From a virus (taxonomy: Duplodnaviria; Caudoviricetes): a stretch of 33,613 bases of DNA. This document shows, piece by piece, positions 15,834 through 25,028 of this stretch. The notes below the pieces were generated by a model. It was not told the DNA's origin. It did not search any database and saw only the letters and a program-made list of their open reading frames with translations. The position numbers and the translations under genes were made by a program. Location of the stretch: the IMG/VR virus record IMGVR_UViG_3300047560_000512, positions 1-33,613 of that record. One strand, written 5' to 3'. Every line of letters starts with the position of its first letter. The stretch's first letter is position 1.

Positions 15834-17819
15834 ATGCTATTTGGTATAGATTCGTTCGCCGAAACCCCCTTTTCTTCACTGCCATCGGGGCTACCCCCGG
15901 GCACAGTCGCGCTTACTGGAGTCACAGGTACAGGTAGTGTTGGTACTGTCATAGCTGTACAGGGAGTTTTTGAGTATCTCACTGGTGTTACAGCTACAGG
16001 TAGCGTAGGTACCGTAACCCCTGCATTAGTTGGTGTAACTGCCACAGGTACAGTTCGTTCCGTAGTATTTTCAAAGTCAGACACCGTATCTGGCAACACT
16101 GCTACAGGTTCTGTAGGCACAATAACTTACAACTCAACGCCAGCAATTAGTGGTAACTTAGTCTATGGTACAGCTGGTAATTTAACTGTTGGTGCCTCAT
16201 TAACTAGCGTAAGTGCTATAGGTTCCGTTGGTAATGTTGCTAATGGGGTAGAGCAACCGCTCACTAAGGTAACTGCTACTGGTGATGTAGGTACGTCTCC
16301 TCAGCAAGATAAATCGTTTAATTTAACCAAAGTAACAGCTACTGGCACGGTTACATCCCCCACTGCTACAACATCAAATGTAAGTTTAACCGCTGCAACT
16401 GCGACAGGTGTTGTTGGTAATGTTGTCAACGGGCTAGTACTGACCGGCGTTACTGCTACTACATCTGCAGGTACTATAACTACTGCCAACACTGTTACTA
16501 GACCCGGATTAGGTGTAATTGCTTTTGGTTCGGTACAAAGTGCCGCCGAAGATACTAAGGAAACATTAACTGCTGTAACAGCTACGGGTTCTGCTGGTAC
16601 CGTAGTGCCAAACATTAGGTCTACATTATCTAAACAGTTTTTATACGGTACTGTTGGAGATGTACTTGCTGGAATACCTAAAACAATCACCGGCGTAACT
16701 GCTACAGGTGTAGTTGGTAACGCCATTACCGGTAAAACATTAGATGGTAATACTGCTACAGGTTTCTTAGGCACTATTTCAGTACCTAGAACTAGAACGC
16801 TATCAGGTGTAACAGCTACAGGAACCGTTGGTACAGTTACAAGACCTCCTGTTGAAAACTTAATAACCGGTGTCACAGCTACCACTGCTGTAGGCAGTAC
16901 AATAGCAAACCCACAAATACCTCTGACTAAAGTTACCGCTACAGGTACTGCGGGGTCGATTGTTAATGCGGGCCAGATATCATATATAACAGGTAGAACA
17001 GCCACTGGCTCCGTTGGTACAGTAGGAAAAGCGATTGATATTACGCCTGTAGGTAATGTTGCTGTAGGAACAGCTGGTAATGTTAGCCAAGGTAAATTTG
17101 TAACCAAAGTAAGTGCCACAGGTTCAGTAGGTACAGTAGTACCGCAAGAGCGTTCTTTAACCTTAACAGGTGTAACAGCCACAGGTAATGTAGGGAATGT
17201 ATCTCTTGCTACTAGAACTCAAACCTTAATAGGGGTGCAAGTTTTAGGTACTGTAGGTACAGTTAAACCTGTCCGATTTATAACGGGGGTAACAGCTACA
17301 GGTTCTGTTGGTAACGTAGCACAAACTTTTGAGTTGCCCTTAAGAGGTGTTACAGCTAGAGGTTCAGTAGGTAATATATTTAGACAAAATCCAGTTATAT
17401 CTGGCGTGACTGCAACTGGATCGGTAGGTAGTGTTACACGAGTACAAGAACGTGAGCTTACTGGGGTTACAGCTACAGGAATTGCAGGTGATGTTGCAAG
17501 CGCACAAGAACTTGTCGGTAATACTGCTACAACTTCTGTTGGTGATGTATCGTTTGAACGCCCCGGGTACCTAACTGCGGTAACTGCTACAGGAACTGCT
17601 GGTGACATAGCAGCGTACCAAACATTTATTAATTTAATTGGTATAGCTGCAACCGGTACAACAGGGCAAGTAACTGCTAGATTGCAATGGAATTTAATAA
17701 ATAGTAATGGCGGTACAGGATGGCAAGAAATTGAATCTGCCGCGGGTACAGGCTGGACTACTACTGATACAGCTGAAGATGCAGGCTGGACAGAAATTGA
17801 TACCGCACTTGAAGTATAA
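15834..17819 (+). CDS. T/G/V-rich repeat protein, putative fibre or beta-solenoid
   Basis: About 30 copies of L-T-G-V-T-A-T-G-x-V-G at ~20-aa spacing, plus four C-terminal Trp repeats at 11-aa spacing. Confidence 0.8.
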   Translation: MLFGIDSFAETPFSSLPSGLPPGTVALTGVTGTGSVGTVIAVQGVFEYLTGVTATGSVGTVTPALVGVTATGTVRSVVFSKSDTVSGNTATGSVGTITYNSTPAISGNLVYGTAGNLTVGASLTSVSAIGSVGNVANGVEQPLTKVTATGDVGTSPQQDKSFNLTKVTATGTVTSPTATTSNVSLTAATATGVVGNVVNGLVLTGVTATTSAGTITTANTVTRPGLGVIAFGSVQSAAEDTKETLTAVTATGSAGTVVPNIRSTLSKQFLYGTVGDVLAGIPKTITGVTATGVVGNAITGKTLDGNTATGFLGTISVPRTRTLSGVTATGTVGTVTRPPVENLITGVTATTAVGSTIANPQIPLTKVTATGTAGSIVNAGQISYITGRTATGSVGTVGKAIDITPVGNVAVGTAGNVSQGKFVTKVSATGSVGTVVPQERSLTLTGVTATGNVGNVSLATRTQTLIGVQVLGTVGTVKPVRFITGVTATGSVGNVAQTFELPLRGVTARGSVGNIFRQNPVISGVTATGSVGSVTRVQERELTGVTATGIAGDVASAQELVGNTATTSVGDVSFERPGYLTAVTATGTAGDIAAYQTFINLIGIAATGTTGQVTARLQWNLINSNGGTGWQEIESAAGTGWTTTDTAEDAGWTEIDTALEV

Positions 17820-17828
17820 GGAACTAAT

Positions 17829-20570
17829 ATGGCACTGAATCTTAAAGATAGAGTTAAAGAAACTTGTACATCCCCCGGTACAGGGACAGTTACATTGCTT
17901 GGACCTGCAGCTGGCTATGTTGGGTTTTCTACAGTAGGCACAGGTAACACCACTTATTACGCTATTGTTGACCAATCAGGCACAATTAAATGGGAAGTTG
18001 GTACAGGTACTTGGACCACAGGTGGCTCTTATGGCACTTTATCTCGTGATACCGTGCTTTCAAATTCTGCAGGGACTACAGCTAAGATTGATTTTTCTAC
18101 AGGTACTCAAGATGTATTTGTAACGTTGCCTAGCCAATTTGCTGTAACTAATGTATCCGTTGCTACTGCTAATGGGTTTAGTGGAACCACGGCTGTAACA
18201 GCTTCAGTGCCTAGCCTTACATTAAAAACTACGGTAAATGGGTTGCTAAACGGGAACTCTACATCAGGGGTAATCTCTTCCACTACTATAGGTACTGGGT
18301 TAAATCTTACTAGTGGCACTCTAAATGCTACAGCAGCAACAGCATCGGCATTAGGTATAGTTTATGGTGCTACAGGTAATACTACATCTAACGTAAATAA
18401 TACCGGACTTGGTTTTAATCACATTATAGGTACGGGTGTCACAAACTCTGCGATCATAGGTAATAACGCAAATATTACAAACGTAGGTACAAGTGACTAC
18501 ACAGTAGTTGGTGGGACTGCTCTTGGGTATACAGCAAAAACTACACGTCAAAATGGTGTTGCAATAGGAGCAGCATCTACCGCTATACAACCAGATGCCA
18601 TAGCAATAGGCGCAAATACTACGATAAATAACCCCGGAACTATTGTTATAGGGAGCCAAGCCCACGATTTGACAGCTTCATCTTATGCTATAGGTATAGG
18701 TACACAATCAGAAGTAGCTGGTAACCAGTCAATTGTAATAGGGTACCAAGCTTATACGCAAACAGGTAATGATTACTCTATAGCCATAGGAACAGGGGCG
18801 CACACTAACGGTGATAGCAGTGTTGCTCTTGGTAGTGGGGCTGCCACAATAAGTTCTTCTGTAGCTATAGGCAATAACGCTAATGCTTATAATGGTAGTG
18901 TTGCAATAGGTGCAACAGCTTATGCTGTACAAGATAATTCTATCGTTATAAGTGCGACTGGATCTATTGGATATATACCAAACCAAGGGGTGTTTATTGA
19001 TTCATTCCGTGATGAGTCCGCAGGTTCACCTAATAAAGTACTTAAATACAACACAACTACTAAAGAGATTTTCTATGGTGCCGGTAGTTCTGGTAGCGGT
19101 AGCGTAACTGATGTTTCTGTAGTCACAGCAAATGGTCTTGGTGGCACTGTAGCAACATCAACCACTACACCTGCAATCACACTTAGTACGACCGTAACAG
19201 GTGTTTTAAAAGGTAATGGAACAGCAATATCTGCGGCAGCTGCGGGTACTGACTACGCTCCGGCTACAAGTGGTTCTTCGATACTAAAAGGTAATGGCAC
19301 TGGTGGGTTCTCTAGTGCTGCGGCAGGTACTGACTACGCTCCGGCTACAAGTGGTTCTTCGATACTAAAAGGTAATGGCACTGGTGGGTTCTCTAGTGCT
19401 GCGGCAGGTACTGACTACGCTCCGGCTACAAGTGGTTCTTCGATACTAAAAGGTAATGGCACTGGCGGCTTCTCTAGCGCATCCGCTGGTACTGACTATG
19501 CTCCTGCTACCAGTGGCACATCAATTCTTTATGGTAATGGTACAGGTGGGTTTAGTAGCGTTACTGTAGGCTCAGGTCTATCTTTCACTGCAGGTACTTT
19601 AGCTGCTACAGGCGGTGGTGGTTCGGTTACTAATGTATCAGTTGCAACTGCAAATGGTTTTGGTGGTACTGTAGCTACGAGCACAACAACCCCTGCTATT
19701 ACAATTACTACCGGTGTTACTGGATTATTAAAAGGTAATGGTACAGCCGTATCCGCTGCCACTGCAGGTACAGATTATGCCCCCGCTACATCAGGCTCTT
19801 CTATCTTATATGGTAATGGCACTGGTGGGTTTAGTTCTGTAACTATTGGCTCTGGTGTTTCATTTGCTGCAGGCACATTATCTGCAACTGGTACTGGCGG
19901 TACTGTTACAAACGCATCTGTTGTATCGGCGAATGGTTTTGGTGGTTCTGTAGCGACATCAACTAGCACTCCAGCGATCACAATAACGACAAGTGTTACT
20001 GGCCTTTTAAAAGGTAATGGAACTGCGGTATCTGCGGCAGCTGCTGGTACTGACTATGCCCCTGCAACATCTGGCTCTGCAATACTTAAAGGTAATGGTT
20101 CAGGTGGGTTTTCTAGCGCCGCTGCTGGTACTGACTATGCTCCGGCTACAAGTGGTACTTCAGGCCAAGTACTAACAACTAATGGTAGCGGAGGTTTTAG
20201 TAATAACGCTAACTTAAGTTTTAGTGGGTCTACATTAACAGTAACAGGTACAGGCTACTCCCCTAATATCACGTTAACGGATGCGGCGGGTATTGATTGG
20301 AATACTGCTTTAGGACAGGTAGCTACGTTTACATTCGTATCTAGTAGTAGAACTATGAATGCCCCAACAAACTTGGTTAACGGCGGCTTTTATGCTTTAG
20401 CAGTTATACAGAACGGTGGGGGTAATACATTGACATGGAATTCAGTTTTTAAATGGCCCGGTGGTGTTGCGCCTATTCTATCCCCATCCGCAAGCGCTAA
20501 AGACTATTTTGTGTTTAGAAGCGATGGTACTAACTTGTACTTACAAGGCCAATCGTTGGGAGTTGCTTAA
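17829..20570 (+). CDS. tail fibre/adhesin with YadA-head-like repeats and nested tandem repeats
   Basis: N-terminal DRVKET...WEVG anchor, multiple (S/A)(I/V)AIG repeats at ~18450-18960, seven DYAPATSG repeats, C-terminal QNGGGN-LTW-FKWPGG domain. Confidence 0.85.
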   Translation: MALNLKDRVKETCTSPGTGTVTLLGPAAGYVGFSTVGTGNTTYYAIVDQSGTIKWEVGTGTWTTGGSYGTLSRDTVLSNSAGTTAKIDFSTGTQDVFVTLPSQFAVTNVSVATANGFSGTTAVTASVPSLTLKTTVNGLLNGNSTSGVISSTTIGTGLNLTSGTLNATAATASALGIVYGATGNTTSNVNNTGLGFNHIIGTGVTNSAIIGNNANITNVGTSDYTVVGGTALGYTAKTTRQNGVAIGAASTAIQPDAIAIGANTTINNPGTIVIGSQAHDLTASSYAIGIGTQSEVAGNQSIVIGYQAYTQTGNDYSIAIGTGAHTNGDSSVALGSGAATISSSVAIGNNANAYNGSVAIGATAYAVQDNSIVISATGSIGYIPNQGVFIDSFRDESAGSPNKVLKYNTTTKEIFYGAGSSGSGSVTDVSVVTANGLGGTVATSTTTPAITLSTTVTGVLKGNGTAISAAAAGTDYAPATSGSSILKGNGTGGFSSAAAGTDYAPATSGSSILKGNGTGGFSSAAAGTDYAPATSGSSILKGNGTGGFSSASAGTDYAPATSGTSILYGNGTGGFSSVTVGSGLSFTAGTLAATGGGGSVTNVSVATANGFGGTVATSTTTPAITITTGVTGLLKGNGTAVSAATAGTDYAPATSGSSILYGNGTGGFSSVTIGSGVSFAAGTLSATGTGGTVTNASVVSANGFGGSVATSTSTPAITITTSVTGLLKGNGTAVSAAAAGTDYAPATSGSAILKGNGSGGFSSAAAGTDYAPATSGTSGQVLTTNGSGGFSNNANLSFSGSTLTVTGTGYSPNITLTDAAGIDWNTALGQVATFTFVSSSRTMNAPTNLVNGGFYALAVIQNGGGNTLTWNSVFKWPGGVAPILSPSASAKDYFVFRSDGTNLYLQGQSLGVA
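19245..19510 (+). repeat. 81-bp in-frame tandem repeat (27 aa: DYAPATSGSSILKGNGTGGFSSAAAGT)
   Basis: Units start at 19251, 19332, 19413 and 19494. The first ~2.7 units are nucleotide-identical. Confidence 0.95.
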
Positions 20571-23482
20571 TGACGTTTCCAGTACTTACTGCCGGCATAA
20601 ATTCTGCGTATGACTCTCCATACCCTGCGCAGCGAAGCCTTAGGTTACGTGCCATTGGGAGTGCTTACTTGTTACGTAGGTTTACTAACCCTAATATTCT
20701 TACTAGCTATACATGGTCTGCGTGGATAAAACGAGGTGGGTTAAGTACGGTACAACATTTATTTGGTGCTAGCACTAACTACTCTTTTGGTTTTAATGCA
20801 TCAGATAACCTTGTTGTCACTATTGCTGGAACTGCTGCTGTTACTACCGCTGCAGTATTTAGGGACCCCAGTGCTTGGTACCATGTAATGTACACATGCA
20901 GTGGAACTACACATACTGTATACGTCAACGGTGTTTCTGTTGGTAGTGGCACTGCCACAAACACAGTATTTAATAGCGCTGTTGTGCATCTTACTGGGGC
21001 ATCAAATACCACAACCCCAGCTAACTTTTTTGATGGGTTAATAGTATTTAATTATTTTATTGATGGGTCCGCATCACTTCCTTCTTCATTCGGTGGGTAC
21101 AATGGTGCAGGTATTTGGCAGCCAATTAAAAATTTAGTGTCATATGGTTTTAATGGGTACTTCTTACCATTTTTAAATAACAGCACTGTTGAAGCTCTTG
21201 CGTACGATTACTCCAATACAAACCCAGAACTTATAACGAATGGTTCGTTTGTGGCAGATGTAAGTAGCTGGACTGCTAGTGGTGCTGGCTCCCCTACCGT
21301 AACATGGCAATCCGCAACACACGCTGCTCGAGTAGCTAATTCCACTAATAACGCTGCTTATGCATACCAAGCTATAACTACAGAAGTTGGTCAATCTTAT
21401 TATGTACAAGGATATTTAACTAATGTTTCAATAGGTGGTGCGGCGCGTAACGCTAGTATCATAAAAGCAGATAATACTGGGCTATCTACTAATGCAGTTA
21501 CGATAGGTTCTGTTGCACAGTCCGCTGGCTCTGGGCTTGTACAAGGACTTTTTACTGCTACTGCAACAACTACGTACATAGCGTTATACGCAGATATTTT
21601 AACTAGTGGTAGCGCAGATTTCACATTGATTTCTGTGGCTAAGAGCGGGTACAAAAATAACTGGAATCCGTTTGCTGTTTCTTTAACGGCGGGTGCGGCA
21701 TATGACTCTTTTTTTGATGTACCTACACCAACAAGCTCATACCAGTGTAATTACCCAGTAATAAATAAATTAAACACACTTACTACTGCTTCCGTAAATT
21801 CAGCAAATTTATCTGCGGCGGCGGGACTTACAGCAAGTATCTGTACTATGCGAATGGATACTGGTAAATTTTATTGGGAAGTTCAGTTCCCTGTAGCGGT
21901 AGGTACATGTACTATAGGTGTGTACAAAGCAACTACTTCTACTGCATCTATTTCAACAACTAATGTTATAGGTGTAAGATTTGATGCAAACGCAGGCACA
22001 CTTGACTATACTACAAACGGTTCAACATACACCTCTATTACTACAGGTTTAACTGGCGGCGGCTACTTCCCTTATGCAGCTTCCACTGGCGGTAGTAAAC
22101 CTATGAACATAAATTTTGGACAAAGGCCTTTTTCTTACGCAGTGCCAGATGGGTATTCACGTTTAAATAGCTTTGCGTTATCCGCGCCTGTTCCTGTAAC
22201 GGCATCAGCTTTTGCTGTCACTTTATATACAGGTAATGGATCAACACAAACTATATCCAACACACGGGGCGGTAGATCATGCTACGCAGATATTGTTTGG
22301 AATAAGTCAAGAAGTAGTGCGTTAAATCATTATGTATATGATACCGTTCGTGGTGTCGCTGCAAACACAAACAACCAACTTACTATTACTTCCGCAGCGG
22401 CAAGTTCAACTAGTGGTGTAACAGGGTTTAGTAGTACTGGATTTAGCCTTGGTGCAGACACAGGGTCAAACACAAGCGCTGCTACATATGTCTCATACCA
22501 ATGGAATGCTGGTAGTGGCACTAGTACGTGGAATTTTGATGGGGCATTAACGCGCACTGCAACTATGACAATTGCGAGTCCTTGTGTTGTTACCTTAGCG
22601 ACTAATGGCTTTAGTGCTGGACAAGCAGTTCAATTTACTACGACAGGTGCCCTACCTACAGGAGTTACAGCGGGTGTTACATACTACGCAGGTAACATTC
22701 TTACTAATACCACATTCAATTTATATGATACCGAAGCTAATGCAATAACAGGTGGGGCTACAGGACGTGTTAATACATCTGGTACGCAATCTGGTACTCA
22801 TACATGCGAGCATGCAGCAAAAGTAAGTGTTAATCAAACTACCGGCGTTAGTGTTGTTAGGTATGTTGGTACAGGTGTAGCTACTACGGTTGGGCATGGG
22901 CAAAACCAAGCGCTAGATTTTATATTTGCAAAAAGTGTTAATGCAGGTAATAACTGGCCGGTATACCATAGGTCAATAGGCGCAGGTAATTTTTTAATTT
23001 TTAATGGTACTGATTTATCTGCTGCTGATTCTACATATTGGAACAGCACAAACCCAACAACTTCTGTTTTTTCTATTGGGACAAATGTAAGAGTTAATAC
23101 AAACGGTACAACTTACATTGCGTACTGCTTTTCATCTGTTCCGGGGTTTTCTTCCTTTGGTACCTACGCAGGGACGGGGGCGGCGGACGGCCCGTTTACG
23201 TATACAGGTTTTTTACCAAGGTATGCAATTTTTAAACGAACGGATAATGTTTCCTTAACTGGTTGGTTATCAGTTAATGGCGCGTCACAAACATATAACG
23301 TTGAAGGTCCATACTTATTTGTAGAAAGTACTAACGCAGAAGGTACGTCAACTGCCTTCGTTGATTTTGTAGCCAACGGAATAAAACACAGATCAACCAA
23401 TTCAAACTTAAACGCGTCATCAACAAATTATGTGTACATGGCTTGGGCGGAAAGTCCTTTTAAATATAGTTTAGCGAGGTAA
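20570..23482 (+). CDS. multi-domain receptor-binding/tail protein (LamG/ConA-like, CBM-like, SPRY-like, YTGNG-repeat domains)
   Basis: TWSAWIKR...FRDPSAWYHV (LamG-like), ITNGSF...W (CBM-like), GKFYWEV...NFGQRPF (SPRY-like), repeated YTGNG/YVGTG/YAGTG units. Confidence 0.8.
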   Translation: MTFPVLTAGINSAYDSPYPAQRSLRLRAIGSAYLLRRFTNPNILTSYTWSAWIKRGGLSTVQHLFGASTNYSFGFNASDNLVVTIAGTAAVTTAAVFRDPSAWYHVMYTCSGTTHTVYVNGVSVGSGTATNTVFNSAVVHLTGASNTTTPANFFDGLIVFNYFIDGSASLPSSFGGYNGAGIWQPIKNLVSYGFNGYFLPFLNNSTVEALAYDYSNTNPELITNGSFVADVSSWTASGAGSPTVTWQSATHAARVANSTNNAAYAYQAITTEVGQSYYVQGYLTNVSIGGAARNASIIKADNTGLSTNAVTIGSVAQSAGSGLVQGLFTATATTTYIALYADILTSGSADFTLISVAKSGYKNNWNPFAVSLTAGAAYDSFFDVPTPTSSYQCNYPVINKLNTLTTASVNSANLSAAAGLTASICTMRMDTGKFYWEVQFPVAVGTCTIGVYKATTSTASISTTNVIGVRFDANAGTLDYTTNGSTYTSITTGLTGGGYFPYAASTGGSKPMNINFGQRPFSYAVPDGYSRLNSFALSAPVPVTASAFAVTLYTGNGSTQTISNTRGGRSCYADIVWNKSRSSALNHYVYDTVRGVAANTNNQLTITSAAASSTSGVTGFSSTGFSLGADTGSNTSAATYVSYQWNAGSGTSTWNFDGALTRTATMTIASPCVVTLATNGFSAGQAVQFTTTGALPTGVTAGVTYYAGNILTNTTFNLYDTEANAITGGATGRVNTSGTQSGTHTCEHAAKVSVNQTTGVSVVRYVGTGVATTVGHGQNQALDFIFAKSVNAGNNWPVYHRSIGAGNFLIFNGTDLSAADSTYWNSTNPTTSVFSIGTNVRVNTNGTTYIAYCFSSVPGFSSFGTYAGTGAADGPFTYTGFLPRYAIFKRTDNVSLTGWLSVNGASQTYNVEGPYLFVESTNAEGTSTAFVDFVANGIKHRSTNSNLNASSTNYVYMAWAESPFKYSLAR

Positions 23483-23484
23483 AA

Positions 23485-23916
23485 ATGTTTTTAATAGACG
23501 ATACCCCTTTAACCGTAGGTGCAGGTTTTACGCATAACGGAATATCTTTTCCGCCAAATTGGGCGACTGTGTTTACTGCTGAGGATAGGGCGCAGTACAA
23601 CATTATTGAAGTGCCTGATCCTGAGCCTTTTGATGAACGGTTTTACTGGGCACCTAATAACCCTAAAGATATAACGCAAATACGAGAGATGCTAATCACT
23701 CAAGTTAAACAGCACACTGCAAATATATTAGGGCAAACAAGTTGGATGGTTGAAAGGTTTAACGACCCTTCTAGTGGTAAACCCGTACCACAAAACGTAT
23801 TAGATTACCGTGCTGCAACTCGCGCTCTGTCTAATACATACGAAGAACAGATTAATGCTGCGACTAGCGTGGATGATTTAGCAGTTATGAATTTACAATT
23901 TCCAGAGTTATCATAG
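23485..23916 (+). CDS. putative tail fibre assembly/chaperone-like protein
   Basis: 143 aa after the fibre genes: FPPNW, DERFYW, L-QTSWMVER, YRAATR...INAATSVDDL. Confidence 0.6.
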   Translation: MFLIDDTPLTVGAGFTHNGISFPPNWATVFTAEDRAQYNIIEVPDPEPFDERFYWAPNNPKDITQIREMLITQVKQHTANILGQTSWMVERFNDPSSGKPVPQNVLDYRAATRALSNTYEEQINAATSVDDLAVMNLQFPELS

Positions 23917-23927
23917 AAAGATGAATC

Positions 23928-24083
23928 ATGGATACATTCGATCTTTTAGTAAAAGGCTGGCCTATTCTTTTAGCCCTAATCACGCTAATCATTGTGCTAT
24001 CCAAACTTGACCTTCGTGTTGCTGTGTTAGAAGAAAAAGTTAAAGTGCTGTTTGAACAAATGAACAAAATGAGGGATAAATAA
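23928..24083 (+). CDS. 51-aa single-TM plus coiled-coil protein, lysis-module candidate, not in the ORF track
   Basis: MDTFDLLVKGWPILLALITLIIVLSKLDLRVAVLEEKVKVLFEQMNKMRDK. TAATG-coupled to the putative holin. Confidence 0.75.
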   Translation: MDTFDLLVKGWPILLALITLIIVLSKLDLRVAVLEEKVKVLFEQMNKMRDK

Positions 24084-24583
24084 TGCTACCACTACTTGTA
24101 CCAATCCTAACCCAACTTGCCGGTGCAGGCATGCAGAAAGTCGTTGACGCTGTATTAGATAAAGGCACTCAAGTTGTTGAAGAGAAGTTAGGTGTAACCT
24201 TAACACCTGGACCTGATGGTAAGTTATCCGCTGAACAGCTAACTTCTATAAAAGAAGCAGCAATGAAGCATGAAGAATTCATGTTTGAGCAGGAAGTTAA
24301 AGATAGAGATGGGGCACGTCAACATGAGGTTGATCTTGCTACAAATGAAAATGTCCCACTAATTAACAAAATTATTACGCCTGTTTTAGCCATATTTGTA
24401 ATTCTGTGCTCTTTTATTTTGTTTGCTATTTTAATTTTTGTAACAGTTACGCCTGAAACAAAGGACATTCTGATATACATATTAGGTGTGTTATCCGCTG
24501 CGGATACTCAGATTCTTTCTTATTACTTTGGCTCATCCCAAGGCAGCAAAGATAAGTCGGATTTATTGGCGGCTAAAAAATGA
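24083..24583 (+). CDS. putative holin
   Basis: Two clear C-terminal TM helices and the YYFGSSQGSKDK motif. Adjacent to the endolysin. Confidence 0.7.
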   Translation: MLPLLVPILTQLAGAGMQKVVDAVLDKGTQVVEEKLGVTLTPGPDGKLSAEQLTSIKEAAMKHEEFMFEQEVKDRDGARQHEVDLATNENVPLINKIITPVLAIFVILCSFILFAILIFVTVTPETKDILIYILGVLSAADTQILSYYFGSSQGSKDKSDLLAAKK

Positions 24584-25026
24584 ACTTATCCCCTAACTTT
24601 ACCCTAGAAGAAATGACTGCAAGTGAGACCGCAGTTAGATATGGGATTGACAACACCCCCAATAATGAGGTATTAATGAACCTTAGACGGTTGGCGTTGT
24701 TTCTCGAAGAAGTTCGTAAAGCTGTAGGTATGCCGTTGCATATAAACTCTGCCTACAGAAGCCCCGACGCTAACAAAAAGGTTGGTGGAAAACCCACAAG
24801 CCAGCACTGTAAAGGCACGGCAGCAGATATAAAAGTTAAGGGGATGACCCCTGACCAAGTTGTCAAAGCGATAATTGCAGCTGGGTTACCCTACGACCAA
24901 GTAATACGTGAGTTTGATAGCTGGACTCATGTTAGTATACCGAACACAAAAGATGAAAAGCCCAGAAAAATGGCGCTAATTATCGACAAAACTGGAACAA
25001 AACCGTTCCCAAGCGCTAAGGGTTAA
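24580..25026 (+). CDS. endolysin, peptidase M15A family (Zn peptidase)
   Basis: LSPNFTLEE, INSAYRS, N-KVGG, SQHCKGTAADI, WTHVS (His/Asp/His zinc ligands). Confidence 0.88.
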   Translation: MNLSPNFTLEEMTASETAVRYGIDNTPNNEVLMNLRRLALFLEEVRKAVGMPLHINSAYRSPDANKKVGGKPTSQHCKGTAADIKVKGMTPDQVVKAIIAAGLPYDQVIREFDSWTHVSIPNTKDEKPRKMALIIDKTGTKPFPSAKG

Positions 25027-25028
25027 CT

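Noticed and set aside
15812-17608. Long minus-strand ORFs (e.g. 16301..17182) and other antisense ORFs
   Set aside because: Shadow frames of T/G/V/A-rich plus-strand genes. No RBS or independent motifs.
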